A stretch of 64,000 bases of DNA from Klebsormidium nitens. Lineage: Eukaryota; Plantae; Klebsormidiophyceae. Position 1 is the stretch's first letter, and every line of letters starts with the position of its first letter. Location of the stretch: assembly GCA_000708835.1 (NCBI GenBank), contig DF237400.1:1-64000 (forward strand), in the 5' to 3' direction. This document shows positions 32,601 to 47,600 of this stretch, piece by piece. The notes beneath the pieces were generated by a model, which was given only the letters and a program-made list of their open reading frames with translations, made no database searches and was not told where the DNA came from. Both the position numbers and the translations under genes were made by a program.

Positions 32601-35600
32601 GGTCTGCGGCGGGCGCGCCCCCCTCCCCCAGGCCAGAGCGGCGGGACAGGTCGCCGGAGGCACGCCGCTTGTGCAGAGCCCCAGGGTTACTGCCAGTCCG
32701 CCGATGGCCAACCAGAGACTGCAAAGGACAAACCTTCTGGTCAGGATATTCGGCAAGCGATTGAATACTCATCCGGGGCCTGAGAATGGGTATACACTCA
32801 AGATCAGCATCTGGATCGGCAGCACCACTATACAGCCAGAAAGCCTGAAAGCTTCCAAAACGACCTCTAAATGCAGAAACAGGAGCACGACCCAGCAATT
32901 TTCGCAAGCCTCTGAGCGCGCGTCGCCTTCTGGTGGCTTCGATTCGCTTCTCACATCAGAGTGCACTGCGAGGCCGTGCTTGTCTTGCTCCTGGGTGGCA
33001 TCCGCCTGCAGGATGGCCTGCCCGGCGCCCCCCACGAGCGCCCCAAAGGTGGCCATGATCGGCACCGCGATGGGCGCCGCGGGGCCCGCCAGCAGCCCCA
33101 GGGCAGCCCCCGACACAGCGCCCGTGCTGGTGCCAGCGTACGGCTTGCGGGCAGTCCGCCGCTGGGAGTTCTGCACAACAACCGGCGCACGTGAGAGCTT
33201 AGGTACCCATCATATTCTGCCTTGGAAAAAGGCAACGTCGCGTTCTTCATTCGCGCCCATCAGCCAGACAAAGGCAAGTCTACAAACTGCTGAAATCGTG
33301 TTGCAGGAATCATTATTCGACTTTACTCAAAGAAGAGCCTTAAACACGACACCGTTCTCTAAGTTGTTTATAAGTCGTTATCTTCCATCAAAGAGAAATC
33401 AGTTCCGGCCGTAACTAATTCAAATCTGGTTTCACATGAAGAAGCCGCCGCAGCTCCTTTCCCGTCCGCTCACCAGCGCAGCGATGGTCGCCCGGTCCGG
33501 CCCGTACATCTCGTACGCTTGCTGTATCGCCTCCCGGATCTTGGCGGCTTCCGTGGTTCCCGGGTGGCACTTGACCACGCGCGCGATCTCCTTGGTGTCG
33601 AATAGGCGCGCGTCGTGGCTCCACGACCGCAGGTGCAGCACGACGCGCGAGTGCGGCGCGCCGGGGGGGTCGTGCTTGCTGTGGAGCAGCTCCGTGGTCA
33701 TCAGGTCCTCCCACGCCACGTGCCACGTGATGCTGCACGCCTCCTTCATCAGATCGGGCCGCTTGCCCGTCAGGGACAGGGGGTGCTGCACGAACGAAAG
33801 AGAGGCGCTGATGCTGGATGCCTTGAAAGGAAATGGGTCTCACAGAAGCTGGTGTTTCTACAAAAGAAAGCCAGGACCTCTGTACCAACGGTCGTTCTGA
33901 GTCTTAGAAGCTGAGATGGACGGAGCTCTGCTCAAGCAAGCCCTCTGAGCAGCGAACGACTGAGCGAGAGTCAAGAGAACAAGAAATTCTTCATCTCTTA
34001 TTTCTTCAGGTTACCCCAAAAGGGAATCCGAAACGTGCTATCCCAAAAGGGAATCCGAACCGCGCAGTCCTTGCTTTGAGCTCTAAAAAGGACGAAGATG
34101 TGGTTACCTGCAGCAGGAGGACCCGGCGGTGCGAGATGATGAGCGTGCGGTTCTTGGGCAGGTTGAAGTGGTCTTCGTAGGCGTCGCTGGTGGCGAACTT
34201 GGCCCGCTCCTTGAAGATGTCGTACTGCCCCAAATACGTCCCGCGCTCCGCCAGCTGCATCATCATCTGCACAAGACGGAAAGGCCGCCTCATGATGCGA
34301 GCGACAACTCATTGTCAAGTACGTGTTGCAAATTGAACAACAATCACAAGTCAGCCACGTCAACGAAGCAACAACCAACGTGCGTGGTCAACACATGCTC
34401 AAGGTTGGATTTAAAAGCGCCTCTCGCAGTTCCTCACCTGTCCTCGCGCCTTGTACTCGTCGTACGGCCGCAGGATGCTGTCGCCGCCAATGGCCCGCGG
34501 CAGGCGTGACCTGGCGAGCGCCTGCTCCGAGGTGATGGCGGCCGAGATCTTGCGCCCCTGCGCGTTGAAGCCATCCGTCGTCTTGGACACCAAGTCCAGC
34601 ACGCCGCTCATGGGCTGCGCGGCCGCGCCGATCACGCCGCGCGCCACGCCTGACGCGAAGCCCTCCAAGCCGCTGGCCTTGAAGCCTTCCACGGGCTTGG
34701 TCAGGATGCCCGTCACCCCGCGGAAGAGGCCCTTGGCAAATGCCTCACCGCCCTCGCGCAGGCCGTCGCCCAGGTCCTCCACCCCGCCCTTGGTCTCCTG
34801 GAAACAGGAGCACAGGGGAGATGGCTCAAGGAAGGAACGACAATCGTAAACAAGGGCAGACGCAGTACGTGCGTTCGATTCAAACGAGCATGCCAGTAAG
34901 AAACTGCACTTTGATATCTATTGAAATTGAACGCTAGATGCACCTCAGAAAGTACGGTCGGCCTTCAGGCCTTGTCTTACATCTTGGTTCCTTGGCTTAT
35001 AAAAGCATCTTGTAAACATCGGCTGGCAAGTGCATGGCAATCAGCACAGATCAGCAAAGGTGCCTCACTCGCAATTATCCTTCATTGTACATGTACCGCT
35101 GGCACGCTTCACCTACCTGTCTCTGCCTGCTGCGGATGAACTTTTTGTCCATGGACAGCGCCGCCGCGCCCTTGCTGAGGGTGCCCACGACGGAGCTGAG
35201 GTTCCCCAGGATGTCCAGCCCGGTCAGCAGGTGGAACGGCTGCCCCAGCAGGTCGTTGCGCGCGCCGCGCATCATGCTCTCCACCAGCTGGCTCTGCCGC
35301 ATGTGGATGTCCTCGCGCACGCGGCCCTGGAAGTTGAGCTGCAAAAAAAGAAGGGATATCAGTATGTATGTGTAGCGCAACCTTTAGGATTGCACCCAGT
35401 CAGGCCCGACTTTAACTTGGGTCACCGAGGTTTGGTGGCCCGAAAAATCTGGCGGGCAACCGTCCGAATCGTCCAGACGGACCAGGAAATAAGCCTTGCG
35501 TAGAGCAGCGCCGCTTCTCAAGCTTTGCCCCTCGTGGACCTGAAGCAGTTTGAATGGTAAAAGTTGGACGTGCTAGAGTTAAGTCAGGGTGACAGGCCGT

Positions 35601-38600
35601 CCAGCTAGCTTGTCGGCAATAACAAAACACCAAACCCTTGCCTTCGGATCGCAACAAAAAGGAAGCCTAACAAAAAGTTAGCAGGGTTATTGAGATCGTC
35701 TCAAAGTTGTCAACGATAACGCCTCAACCAGACCTGATGGTCAAGTCAATGAGATGCTCATGTGATGCGCTCTCGATCAGTCCCGTCACCTGCATTTCGT
35801 TGGTGTTGCCGATGCTGGTGACCAGCGTGGACCAGAAGCCGAGGATGCCGCGCGGGCGCTGCGCGGGTGCGAGCAGGAGCGTGAGCTTGAAGTGCAGGTC
35901 GGTGAGGTTGAGCAGGCCGATGCGCACGCGCGGGTCCACGGTGACGGACGTGCTGTGCTCCTCCACCAGGCGGCCCAGCTTCAGCCGCGACAGCATCTCC
36001 ACCAGCCGCCACAGGAGCGGCTCGTGAATGTTCAGCAGCCACGCCGACTCCGCAAACTGCGAGGGAAAACAACGTCTTGAGCGCGAGAATGAAAGTGGGC
36101 GAGCGCAAATGCAAACGAAACGACGAATAATGTTGAAACTTCAAATGGAAGTGCTTCGCAGTAGGTTCGCAGCGACCGGGGCAATCCGGGGCGACTTTCG
36201 GGAGCCATCTTTCACTTAGGTAGTCTCCGGGAGATCCAGTGGGAGAGACGCTCCGTTTACAGAAGCATTTATGTGAGCTTGAAAAGCCCTATTTCTTCTT
36301 TCCCTGAACCCTTTTGCAAGGGAGTCGTGAGATTTTCCACAGCCAAGACCACCCAGTGGGCATTCGCGCATTGTTCCCGTGCAGGCGCCGTTGCGGGGTG
36401 TGTGTGCCTCACCTGCACCCCGACGTAGGGGTACGTCTGCACCTGGTCGGCGGGCGCACTCTGCATGCTGAGCGTGACCTTGAGCACACACTCGGGCCGC
36501 ACGCCGTGCGTGGCCTCCTCGAGCGCCATGATGACCGGCATCGGCGTCAGCGCCAGCTGGTTGTCAATTTGGAGGCTGCCCACTTGCACCTCGAACCTGC
36601 GCGTAAGGGCCCCCGTCGTTCATTTGTGCGCGCGGCAGTCTTCACATGATAACGCGTCTCCTTGTGCGGAAACCAGAGCTGAACGGCTGCCTACACGGAA
36701 GCGGTAATCATGTACCAGTGCTTTCGAAGCATCAAGTCCCACCTAACTTCTTATTGTAGTCAGTAGCGTTGAGCTGTTGAGGTTCGACTGGCTCCAAGAA
36801 CGTCAAAGTGCAGAAATTCACAAACCTGGTGATTCCCCCCGCCAGTCCCGTTGAGTAGGCGACGCTGGCCCCGTGCATGGCGAGGAAGAGCAGCTCCTCG
36901 GGGCTGTGGTCCACAATGGAGATGCCCAAGTCGTGTATGTCGAACAGCATGTGGAACTCCATCTCCTTGCCGGCTTCGGCTCGGTTCAAGAGACCGGGCG
37001 CCTCGACTGCATCGCTGCTGGCGCCGAGGCCGGCAAAGGACGGGGTGCGTGAAACGATTGCCAGGTCACCTGCAGCAAGTCGAGCTTAAAGTCGGAAGTC
37101 CTCCTCTATGGTTCGTCCTTTGACTCTCGGAACGCCGAGGCCAATGGTCTCTATTGTCTACCAAAGCACTCCACCGATTCATGAGATGGTCAGCTCAATT
37201 CAAGCACTGTTTATCCAAGCATGGCAAGCATGGCAGTGACAGAAACGAACCGACCACTTGCAACCATGACCAAGACGAACAGCCCCCACGGGCTCGGGCC
37301 GCGCAGTCTCCTGAAAGGAAGAACCCAAAACAGGACTAGACGAAGACGTTGCGTTGAACCAAGTATCAAAAAGACGCACCGGTGCTGGGCTTCCAGTCCT
37401 CGACCCGCAGCACCATGGCCGCCCCCTCGCGGTAGACGCTGCAGTGCAGCGCGGCCACGGGCCCGCGCGTGGACGCGAGCGGCGGGTACTCGGCGACCTG
37501 GTCCAGGCCGTAGGAGCGCGCCGTGGCGGGGTCCGCGCCGTCCACCAGGACCTCCACCATGCGCTCGCGGAGCAGGTCCTCCCAGTTGAAGCTGGCGCTG
37601 CTGCCCGGCCGCAGACACACCCACGACGACTCGGCGCTGCCCTTCTGACGGAACCGGATGGGCAGCACCAACGACCGGTTCTCCAACCTGGGAGGATGTG
37701 AGAGCGAAAAATGAGCCATCCTCAGCTTTTCCATCATTTGCCCCGCGACCCACTTCGGATCTTATAAGAAGAAGTTCAGTGCTGCCAGAGGGACGAGTGC
37801 CTCAACTTCCACCACTTGAGGCGACTACACAATCTTGGGACCATCCTCACACCAGAAGTCTGCACTTACTGAAAGCAAGGGCCTTAAAGTGGCAAGGGGT
37901 CGACTTCAACGACATATTTCGTGTTTGGGGAAAACTATCGCAGAGCAAGGGCCCCTTGTTCGGGTGATTTTTTCAAATACGAGATAGCTGATTGGTTTTC
38001 GAAGGGCCAGAAACAACCGAATCCCGATGATCACGTTCCCGCTGGCTGTTGCGGTCACCTCAGAGCCGGCATGACTCACTTGTGGGGCCCATGCGCCGAG
38101 CACGCCCTGAAGACCACCGAGAAGCGCGAGGCCGCCACCCCGTTCCGGATCTCCGCTCGGATCATCTGGCGCGAGTTGTCGGCGACCGTGCGCAGCGTGA
38201 TGTGCAGCATGCCCTCCGCAGCCAAGCTGAACGGCTGGCTCCACCGGCTGCTGTCATTGCGCACCTGGAGAATAACACAAGCATTCGAAACCCTACGAAC
38301 TGCCTTCGCACGATGGCGAAGCATTCGAGTTCTCGTTGGCTCATATTTTCAGCATGTTGAGATCGCGCCTTTAATGCAAGCCTCTCGAGTAACGATGTCA
38401 AAGCAACGTCCCAGAAACAGGGTCAGTTGGTTACACTCACTTCTGGAGCCTACAATGAGGTTTCTTTTCAAGACGTGAGCTTGGCACTGGGGCTGGGTGA
38501 TTACCGCGCCGATCTCCAACCAACATCTAGCGGAATAGTCGCTAGTGCGTCCTTGTCCCTCACCTGCACCAGCTCTTGCTCGTAGATGGACCTCCAGAGC

Positions 38601-41600
38601 AGCGGCCGCGCCACGTCCGCGGGCCCCAGCACGTCCTCGTCGGGCACCGCGAGCTGCTTGATGTACAGCGTCTGGCCCAGCCGGTTGGTGAACACGGTGT
38701 GCGGCTGCAGCCGGATCACCTTGGTCCGCTCGTACCCGTACGACGACATCTCGATGCTCGCGGACAGCTTCGCGTACGTCCCGCTCGAGTTGACCGCGTT
38801 CAGGTCGATGCGGTCCAACTGCAAAGGCAGCACGTGCTGAATGTTAGACAGGCGTGGCAAGGCCTTTCACAACCAGGATCGACTCTTTGTTTCCAGAAAT
38901 AACTGTTGTAGGAGCAGGAGTCAAGCAAAGGCTTACGGATGCTGTAAACTGCATAACGGCACCAGACAGTTTCAGGCGCCAACAAGGTGCGGCTGATAGT
39001 GAGGTTCTGAAGTCGATAGTCGATGAATATCGAGGCCAACCGGTTTTAGTCTTAGACTCCCGTCGCGTTTAGCCGTACCCAATCCCGCCCAGTCTTGCGG
39101 AACAAGAAAATAGACAAACTGCTTGCAGCTCAAGGGCTTCCGACGCAATCCTGCCACTCCTTTTCGAAACAGGTTAGGTGCGGGTAAGCAGCCTGACCTG
39201 TTCCTCGAAGGCCCTGAAGGGGATGGCCATGCTGACGACGCCGTCGTGGCCCAGGCTGACGGCGAGGCCGACCCGGTCCGAGGTGGGCAGACTCAGCATG
39301 ACGGGCAGATCGTGCTGGTCCTCGATCGCCTCCAGGCTCTTCACGATGCGCTGCAGCGATGCGGCCGCGCTGCGCACCGCGGGCTTGGCGCTAGGCAGCC
39401 TCGGCGCTTTGCTGGCCTTGCCGACGTCCTCGACTTCGGTGAGGCGATACGACAGAGGGACGCCCGCCTCGTTCTTGAGCCAGTAGGGAACGTAGAGCCG
39501 CACTCGCTTGGCCGCCACGTCAGTTTCGCCCAGGTCGTGCTCGACGCTGATGCGAAGCCGGCGACCGCTGCGCGTGTTGGACACCATGAAGCTGCTCGGC
39601 AGCTCCGCCTCGATCCTGGTCGGGTCGCTGATCAACACCAAGTCGCGCTCAGGTTTCCAAGCTCCCTGAGGCCACCACGAGAGGAAGATCGGCCGCCGAA
39701 CGTCCACAGAGGAGATCTGTGTACTCGCGCCAGACTCGATGACCCCCCGCTGCCGAAGAACGGGAGCCGTCCGCTTTGGTTTCTCCCAGATCTGGTACTC
39801 AGCGCGCACAGGTAGCAGGTTGCTCACGGTCAGCGGAGCAGCCACCGTCAACCGCCAGTCTTGCACGGGGTTGTTCATCTCGCTGCGAAAAGCACACAAG
39901 CTAGATCAGGAACCGTAAAAGCGAAGCCCAGAGTGCCGGCGTATGTTGAGAAGAAGCGTCTGAATGTATGGAACCATCCTTCGCAATCTACAAAGAGGAC
40001 TCAGGACACTAAGATAAGCAGCCCCAGAAATTTGATGGCCTTTTCGCATGCACGAACATTCCCTACACAAGCATGGCAATCAGCACTAGCCGTCGTTTGA
40101 ATGCAGACCAAGAGCAGTTGTAGGGCCGCAATCAGCTTGAAGGAGCACACTGGTCAAAGCCTTGCTTCCGAATCGACCCAGGAGTACCTTCAAGTGACTC
40201 GAGCTTTCTCATTTTGGTGGGCCAGACAGTAGCTTGCTGATCTCACCTGAACGATGCTCGCAGATTGGACCAAACACCCGCAATACTCTGGAAACACCTC
40301 TCGATAAATTTACTATGCAGCCGTACCGCGATGTGTCTCACCTGTAGAGGATGGATGCGTCCGCTTCCATGCTGAGCCACGCCGGCCCGTGCGGCGCCTC
40401 TCCGCTCCTGGGCAGCGGGTTGCACAGCAGCAGCTCCTCCGTCTTGCTCAAGCTGCGCAGCTGGAACACGTTCCCTGGCACCCCGTCCTTGTTCTGCGCC
40501 GACGGCCCGCTGTTGAGCCGCGCCAGGCCGCCGCTGATGCCCCGCATGAGGCTGCCGCTGCCGCCGCCGTCGCTGCCGAGGCTCTCCTCCGGGTGGGCAA
40601 TCTCCGCCTTGGCCACGGGCCGGCCCCACGCGTGCCACGCCGCTGTCGGCCCGGCAGCAGACTGCGGCCGCACCTGGACAAGAAGGCGAGGAGGGCCCCG
40701 GTGAATCCTGGCTGAGCAGAATCTGTTCAAAGTGCCCCGCAAAGAATGAAGTGCAAGAACAGGCCCTAATGAAGAAACTGGTTGTCAATGAAAAATGTCT
40801 CTGGCATTCTGCGCGTGAATGAATCACCAGCAACCCTTCAATTTGAGCTTCCAAGCGGACTAGAGCACTGTGAGTTCCGTAAAGCTTTTTATGCGGTTGA
40901 AACTCGTCGAATACGAGCTCCTAGAGAAAGGTCCTTCTAAGGATTTTTCGCCATCAGCTTCTACAAAGCACTTACGGACATTGAAGAGTCTACAAGATTC
41001 GTACTTACTTGCACACAGAAATCTGAGCCAGGCCGCAAGCTGGTCCACGGCATGGAGATGGTACCACCACTGGGAACGACTCCCACTCCCAGCCGAGCGC
41101 CACCCTCCTCGTCGGACACCCGCCTGATACATGGAAGGACCTCAGAGTCAATGAAGGAACGACCAACGTTGCGCAGACTCCAAAATGCACCAGGAGCAAG
41201 GCCAACCAAGGTTGTTTGGCTTCTTCCTGTTTCGAGAACTCAAGAGCGTAGTGGGAACTGCCGGTTCGAAGGATGACGCGGAGAAGAAGTTGAATGAGTC
41301 AGGAACGGGCAGCATTCACGCTGAAGCCAAAGGAGCAGAGTATCAGCGTCATTGGCTTGCGGGCTGCGGAACAGCGTACCTCCTGGTTCTGATCCACCTC
41401 CTCCGCCGAGCAAAGTCGAAGGGGCCCTTCTTCCGGGACTTGACAGTGGGGGGTGGCCATCTCAGGCTTTTGAAGTCCATGTTGTAGGCCCAACCGTCGA
41501 TGTCGACGTACCCCACTTTGTCGACGTGCCAGTCCGAGCTCCACTCCCAGCCAGGCGGTAGCGGTATGTTTATGAAATCCTGGAAAAAAGTACAGAATTC

Positions 41601-44600
41601 AAGCCAAAAGTAGGTGTCAACAAAAGCCCGGCTTTTATGTACTCAACTTCAATATTTTTCGTAGCTCCTGAGACTAACGCTTGATCTGGTATAATCAGAC
41701 TTCTTCTTCTGACTTCGAAAGGCCAGCCTCGGTCAGTTTGGAATGCACGCTCAATTTGATTAAGGAATTTCTGCTCGTGAAACGCGCATTTGTCAGAAAG
41801 GAGGTGTATAAACGGAATTAACCGACAAGCCTAGAGGACGAAGACCTTGAAGCTCTACGTTGTAGCTCGAGCCACGATGCTGGCAGGCGCATCTAGGTTT
41901 CACCAGACTCGCCATCCGCTTCCTGTAGCGCCCACCCGCGTCCACGGTCCTGACCTGGCTCGACTGCCCGCCGTCCGCGGTGCTCCAGCGCGAGGGGTCC
42001 CCTGGCACGAAGTTGCCGGGCCACTTGGAGCCCCACCCCCGGATGGGCTGGTACCGCTGGTTCTCGAACTGCTCCTCCACCACCACCGCGGAGCCGTCCG
42101 CGGGGCTGTTCACGCTCGCGTCCGCGTGGTCCAGCAGCGCGCGCGGGCAGATGCACACCTCCAGCGCGCAGTCCAGCTCGTTGGCCAGCACCACCAGGCT
42201 GCGCAGCTCCACGAACTTGAGGCCCGCCTTCAGGACCACGTCCACCGCGAAGTGCGCGTCGCCCAGCCGCTCGGGATACGTGGTCAGCGCGAGCACCGAC
42301 CGGAGGGCCGTCCACGGGCCGTCCTCGCCTAGCCCCAGCTGCACCGAGCGCTGCAGCAGGCCCTCGTCCGCATCGCCCGTGCTCGACGACTTGAGGAACG
42401 CGAGAGCCACCTCGACTTGCCCCCCCGCCGGAGTCTTCTCCTGGTCGCCCACGACATGCAGCGGGAACGTCTTGACCGCCACCTCCGGCCAGGTGAAGCC
42501 CTTCCGCGGATCCAGGTGCTCCCGCACGACCTGCCACTTGTTCTGCTGCACTTCGCTGGCCTCGCTTACGGGGATCGACGCTGCGCCGACCGGCTCTCCG
42601 CGCCCCCCGTTGGCGGCCTGGTTCAGAACCGTGAGCTCGAGCTCCGACCTGCCAGCACCGGCGGGAATCTCGAACAGGAACACCTCGTCCCACCGCACGA
42701 CTGTCCTGCCCTGCACTTCCAAACCCGGCTCCACGCATCTCGTTCGCGCTCTTTGCGGCAGCACCTTCGACTCGCGACCCTTGCGCGGCTGGCCGCTTGA
42801 GAGCACCTCCAGAGCACACAAGTACTCCCGATCGCTGACGCCTGCTGCTCCGGGCAGGTCCCACCCAGCGGAAACGCGCACGGCCACAAACTGTCGAGGC
42901 GCCCTGGTTTCGTCTTGGTGCGTGAACCCTGCCGTGTAGAGCTCGGGGAAACGAGGCGGGGGAAGCCGCACGACTGCGCACTCACCCGCCGACAGCTGCT
43001 GGATGGACGAGTAGTCCGCGTCCACGGCTTGGACGAAGACGGTGAGGCCCAGCTTGTTCTCCATGGTCACCCGCGCGAAGTCGTCCTGGTCCAGCGCGGA
43101 GGACCCCTCCACGGCCACAGGACCGTCCGCCAAATCACCGCCAGACGCCAAGGCCTGAAAGAGAAAAGAGAGGAAATGTTTTCGAGCTGAATGCGCAATA
43201 GGTGATCCGAAGGTGATTCTGCGCATAATATTGAGCTGAGAGGAAAGAGAGCCACCTTCTCACATATTGCCTTAATATTGGCACCGCAATCATAAGAAGC
43301 ATCTTGCTGGTTTCTTCCTTGTAGCGGTCAGGACGATACAGTCTCACGCACAGTGAACAAGCTGAAACATTCCCGCCACCAACGGAACCACAACTGTCTC
43401 CATAGGAGAAAAGAACAATGAACCAAGCGTTCGATGAAGATGCCGTCGTCGAAATGAAACTTCGCTGTCAGTACGATTTGCAGTAAGCCAGTTTATCATA
43501 TTGCAACGGACTGCAAGGTGCTCAGTCGCAATTTTCGCTGTCAGCTTTGCACTAAGCGAGATAACCAATAAACGATTCTTGAATCAAGCTCGTATGGACG
43601 GTGTGCTGGTGCGGAGTCTTACTCGCATCCAACCTCAAAAAGATCAGCAGGCACACGCTTTGGCGATCGAGATTGGTGAGAGGTGAGAGTCTTTGGAAGC
43701 CAAAGAAACGAACCGCCGGGCAGTCTTAATTGCCCGGCATCGGATTCTAAACAAGAACTCTTTGCTCGACTGCGCTTACCATTTGCAGCTCCTTCCTGGC
43801 GTCCTCTTCGAGCTCCACGTTCCGCTTCCACGCCAGCTGCGCTGCCACCAGTGTCTCCACGCTGGCGCTGCTGACGTTGACGTTGATGACACTGCTGGCG
43901 GCGACCCGCAGGCGCGAGCCCGCGGGGAGGGCCTGCTCCGAGGGGTCGTTGTTGGACTCCCACTTGACCAGCCCCTCCCACGGCTCCACGGCGGGCTCCC
44001 ACGCATCCAGCTGGCTGTTGAACGTGGAGGCCGCCATGGACGTGATCATGACCGCGTTCATCAGCTCCGGTCGGCCGTGGGCCAGCAGGTTCGTGCCGCT
44101 GATGCTCACGTCAGCCACCGGGTTCATCTGCACAGCAGAGTGCGGTGACTGTCATCATGAATATTACCAGTCAAGACAGCAGAGCCATGAAAGTAGATCA
44201 GGCCGACTTGTTCCAAGAAAGACATAAAGGCCGCGTATTGCACGTGAAAAGATGGACGTTAAGCTTTTATTGTACGCTCCCGCGCTTTCGCTTGACCCGC
44301 TCACACTGGAGGCCTGAGCAACACACGTGGTACTGTAGAAAGGTAGCTCGAACAATGCGAACATGTCTCCTCAGGTGTCTGTGACGTTCACAGGAGGCGG
44401 GCCGCATATCAGCAGTCAAAAGCAGATGGGAATCCGCAGAGGTCGGCAGACGAACACAGCCGCAGGCCTTCCAGCGAGATGGAAAACCGAAAGAAGTCAA
44501 AACTTACCAGTCCGGAGAAGTCGTCAAAAGCCGTGATTGACATTCGGCCGGTCTTGACCTCCATGGCGATGTTCTCCGGCAGCTTTGGCTTTCCCAGCTC

Positions 44601-47600
44601 CGCCAAGCCAAAGGCCATGCGCCATGGGGGAGGCTTCAGATCGCTCCGCACCATGAAGGTTCCGGCTTGGTTCTCCACCCGCCAGAAGCTGCACGACGAT
44701 GCCCCTTTGCCAGCCTTCCCAAGAGACTCCCACACCGGTCGCGCCTGGAAGTGGGCCTGGAAAGGAGCATATCTCTCGTTAAACTAGAGCGTCACACGCC
44801 GCACGATTATTGAACGTCGTGAATCTGTAATCCGGATTTGAAGAACAACCACAAAGCAAGCCGCAAGAAACCTCATCATATAGTCGCACATGAGGTATAA
44901 GTCAGGGTTCAAAAGCCTCGTTGAGAACAGCATAACAGCAGAACACTGAACGTCTGAGTGCAAAGGCTTCCCTCCTGCGTACCCTCTTTCGATGGCAGAC
45001 AAGAGGAACTTACCTGGTTCACGAGATCCATCCTGACACAGCGCACGCAATCCGGATCCGGAGGGTTGAAGCCCCTTGACCCAACACAGCCGAGTGCCAC
45101 ATAGCCGGGTGGGGCCACAGGGAGCCACACGGACGCCTCCTCGATGTTCTTGCCCACCAGGTGCGCTCGCGCTTTGAACCCCAACGGGCGCGCAAGCCGC
45201 CCGGTGCCATCGTCACGCATCACAAGGCCACCCACGGGAGGCTCGTACCTGCAAGGCAAATGCCACAGATCAATAGTAACATCGAGATGATCATCATGAT
45301 TTGAGAATGGAGATGTGGGTCGCATTCTGCAAACAAGACCAAGACTGCCCAACGATAAAAATGGTGTTACTTCGGTAAAAGACGGCCATCTTGATTCTGA
45401 TCGCGACGTCGCGTAGCACAAGATCACCCAAAGGATACCCGAACCCGCGACTAGGGCGCCAGAATAACTTCGAGGCGATGAGACGGGTCGACACCCGCAC
45501 GAAGTGGCTCTGATATCAGTACCGATTCAAGCTTCTTTGAGCGATTCGAAGAACCGGGTTCAGAAACTGATGACCATCGAATTCCACCCAGTTGAAGAAG
45601 CTTGGCCGTTGTGCTGTAACCTCTGATTCACACACGCTGAGCAACAACCTAGACACTTCCTGCAGAAGAAGGCATGGAGCAAAAGCTCACCCCGCCATGG
45701 CGTAGTCCCCAAGCATTGCATAGCCAGTGGGAACGATGGGCCTCCAAATGGACACGTGTCTCTTTGCATCGGACCCTTTGTCCCACCACATCCGCTCAAA
45801 ATGAGCAACGCTTGAGTAGTACTTCCCCGCTCTCGACGTTAAGCTCTCCAGTTTTCCTCGAGTGCTTCCCTGCAGGCAGATGAAGCTTGCCTTCATCAAA
45901 GATAGCTCGTTTCGTGCAGCTGTGCATTACGAAATGCAAGCTGAGGACTGCTCAAACATCGTTCCAAAGTACGTTCCTCAGCTTTGCCAACAAGAGGACA
46001 GCGGCTGCAAGTGAGGCAGAAAACGCAGGAAAGACGAATATGAGGCTTGATCGAGACATTAGTCCCCCGAGGCAGCCTTACCTGCATGTCCAGTCGCCGG
46101 CTGCTCTGACTGGGGCTGCTGGGCTGGTCTCTCGGAGTCGCGCCTGGAGTGGTGGCGGTCGGAGTGATCTGGGAGTAGCGCAGGAACTCCCGGAGGTCGT
46201 ATGCCGAGGATGGAGGCGGCTGATTCACGTCCATGTGCGCCACGAAGGTGCCGAAGGCGTTCTCGATACGCCAGATGGAGCTGCTCGGGTAGGGGTACCC
46301 CACACTGCAAGGAACACGTGCCCTGATCTAGTACTCAATACGCCAGATGGACCATGGAACGACCGAAGACGGAGCTATATCTTCAATTCTGGCTATGCCA
46401 GTGTAGACTTGAAGGAACGGTACGATTGAATTGCAGCCTGCACTCGCACCAGCTCCGATTGGCTTGATTTGTTGCAAAGAAAGAAGTTCACACTTCACAG
46501 CGTGTGGCTTACCTAGGCTGGGCCTTAACGTAGTAGATGCAGTCGCTGAAGCTGGACGACGTCAGCAGGTCCATCCGAACGCACGCCGCCAGGCTGAGCG
46601 GCGGAGGATGCGGGCCCCTCCAGGCAACGCAACCCACAGCCACATACCCTTGCGGCGCAACCGGGAGCCAGACAGTGCACTCTCGGGCAGAAGTTCCGTT
46701 CGAGCCCCCACTTGCTTCCGATCCCCCGCTGTCGTCCTCGCTGCTGCTCCCCGTGCGCAGGCTGCTGGAGGTCCACACCAGCTCGTACGCCAGCGGCCGC
46801 TTGACGCGCTCGAACGCGGTGCTGACGGCCATTACACTCTGCGACGGGGGCGCTGCACCCGACGTGGCACAGTCTCCCACGACAGCATAACCGGGGGGCA
46901 CCCGTGGCCGCCAGAACGCGACTTGCTGCTGGGAGCTGGCGAGAGTCTCGTTGAGCCAGATCCTGTCGAACTGGGAGCAGCGGGCCGCTATCTGATCGCC
47001 TCCCAGGTGGAAAGTCGACACCAAGTCGGCTTCGAGCCGCTGGAGGAGCCGCAGGACGTTGCCCGTGACACGGACTGTGATTGGGGAGATGGCGAGAGCC
47101 AGGTCTTGCTTGTCGTTGTGCTTGGAGAAGTCGAGGGTTGCGTTGAAAGGATCGATGACCGTGAGCCCGGAGCCGCCTTCCAGTCGCATGCCTTTGAGCA
47201 CAGCGCTCGCGCGCTGGTCCTCGCCCTGGCTGGTGAGCATACAGCTGAAGTCGGTCCGCGCGCGCAACAGCTTCTCCGGCCGCAGCACGCTCCCTACCGG
47301 CCACTTAGTGGTGTCGTAAAACGTCAGCTCTACGCCCACGGCTTGAACGTCAAGCGCCATCGCTAGATCCGTTCCTTCCGCCGTGAGAGAAGAGGACGTA
47401 ATTCCGGCTTCCTCGTCCGCTCTGGCCGGCTTGGAGAGGAGGAATGCGGGCGTGCCCTGCGCATCCTGGATGACACACCCGTCCTCGGGCGCGGCGCTGT
47501 AGCTGCTGTCCGCCCCGAGGTGCACGCACGCGTCCAGGTGCACGCCGCCCTGGATGCGCACATTGCGGAAGCGCAGCCGTTTGCCGTTGCCGATCAGGAT

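Noticed and set aside
32275-33414. 379-aa + strand ORF
   Set aside because: Antisense to VPS13 exons with non-protein-like composition; a GC-rich shadow ORF.
41980-42939. 319-aa + strand ORF (also 46431-47366, 55774-56796 and 39123-39815)
   Set aside because: Antisense shadows of long GC-rich VPS13 exons with no independent motifs.
45430-45438. U12-type donor GTATCCTTT on the VPS13 strand
   Set aside because: It is internal to a canonical GT-AG intron and has no downstream U12 branch site.
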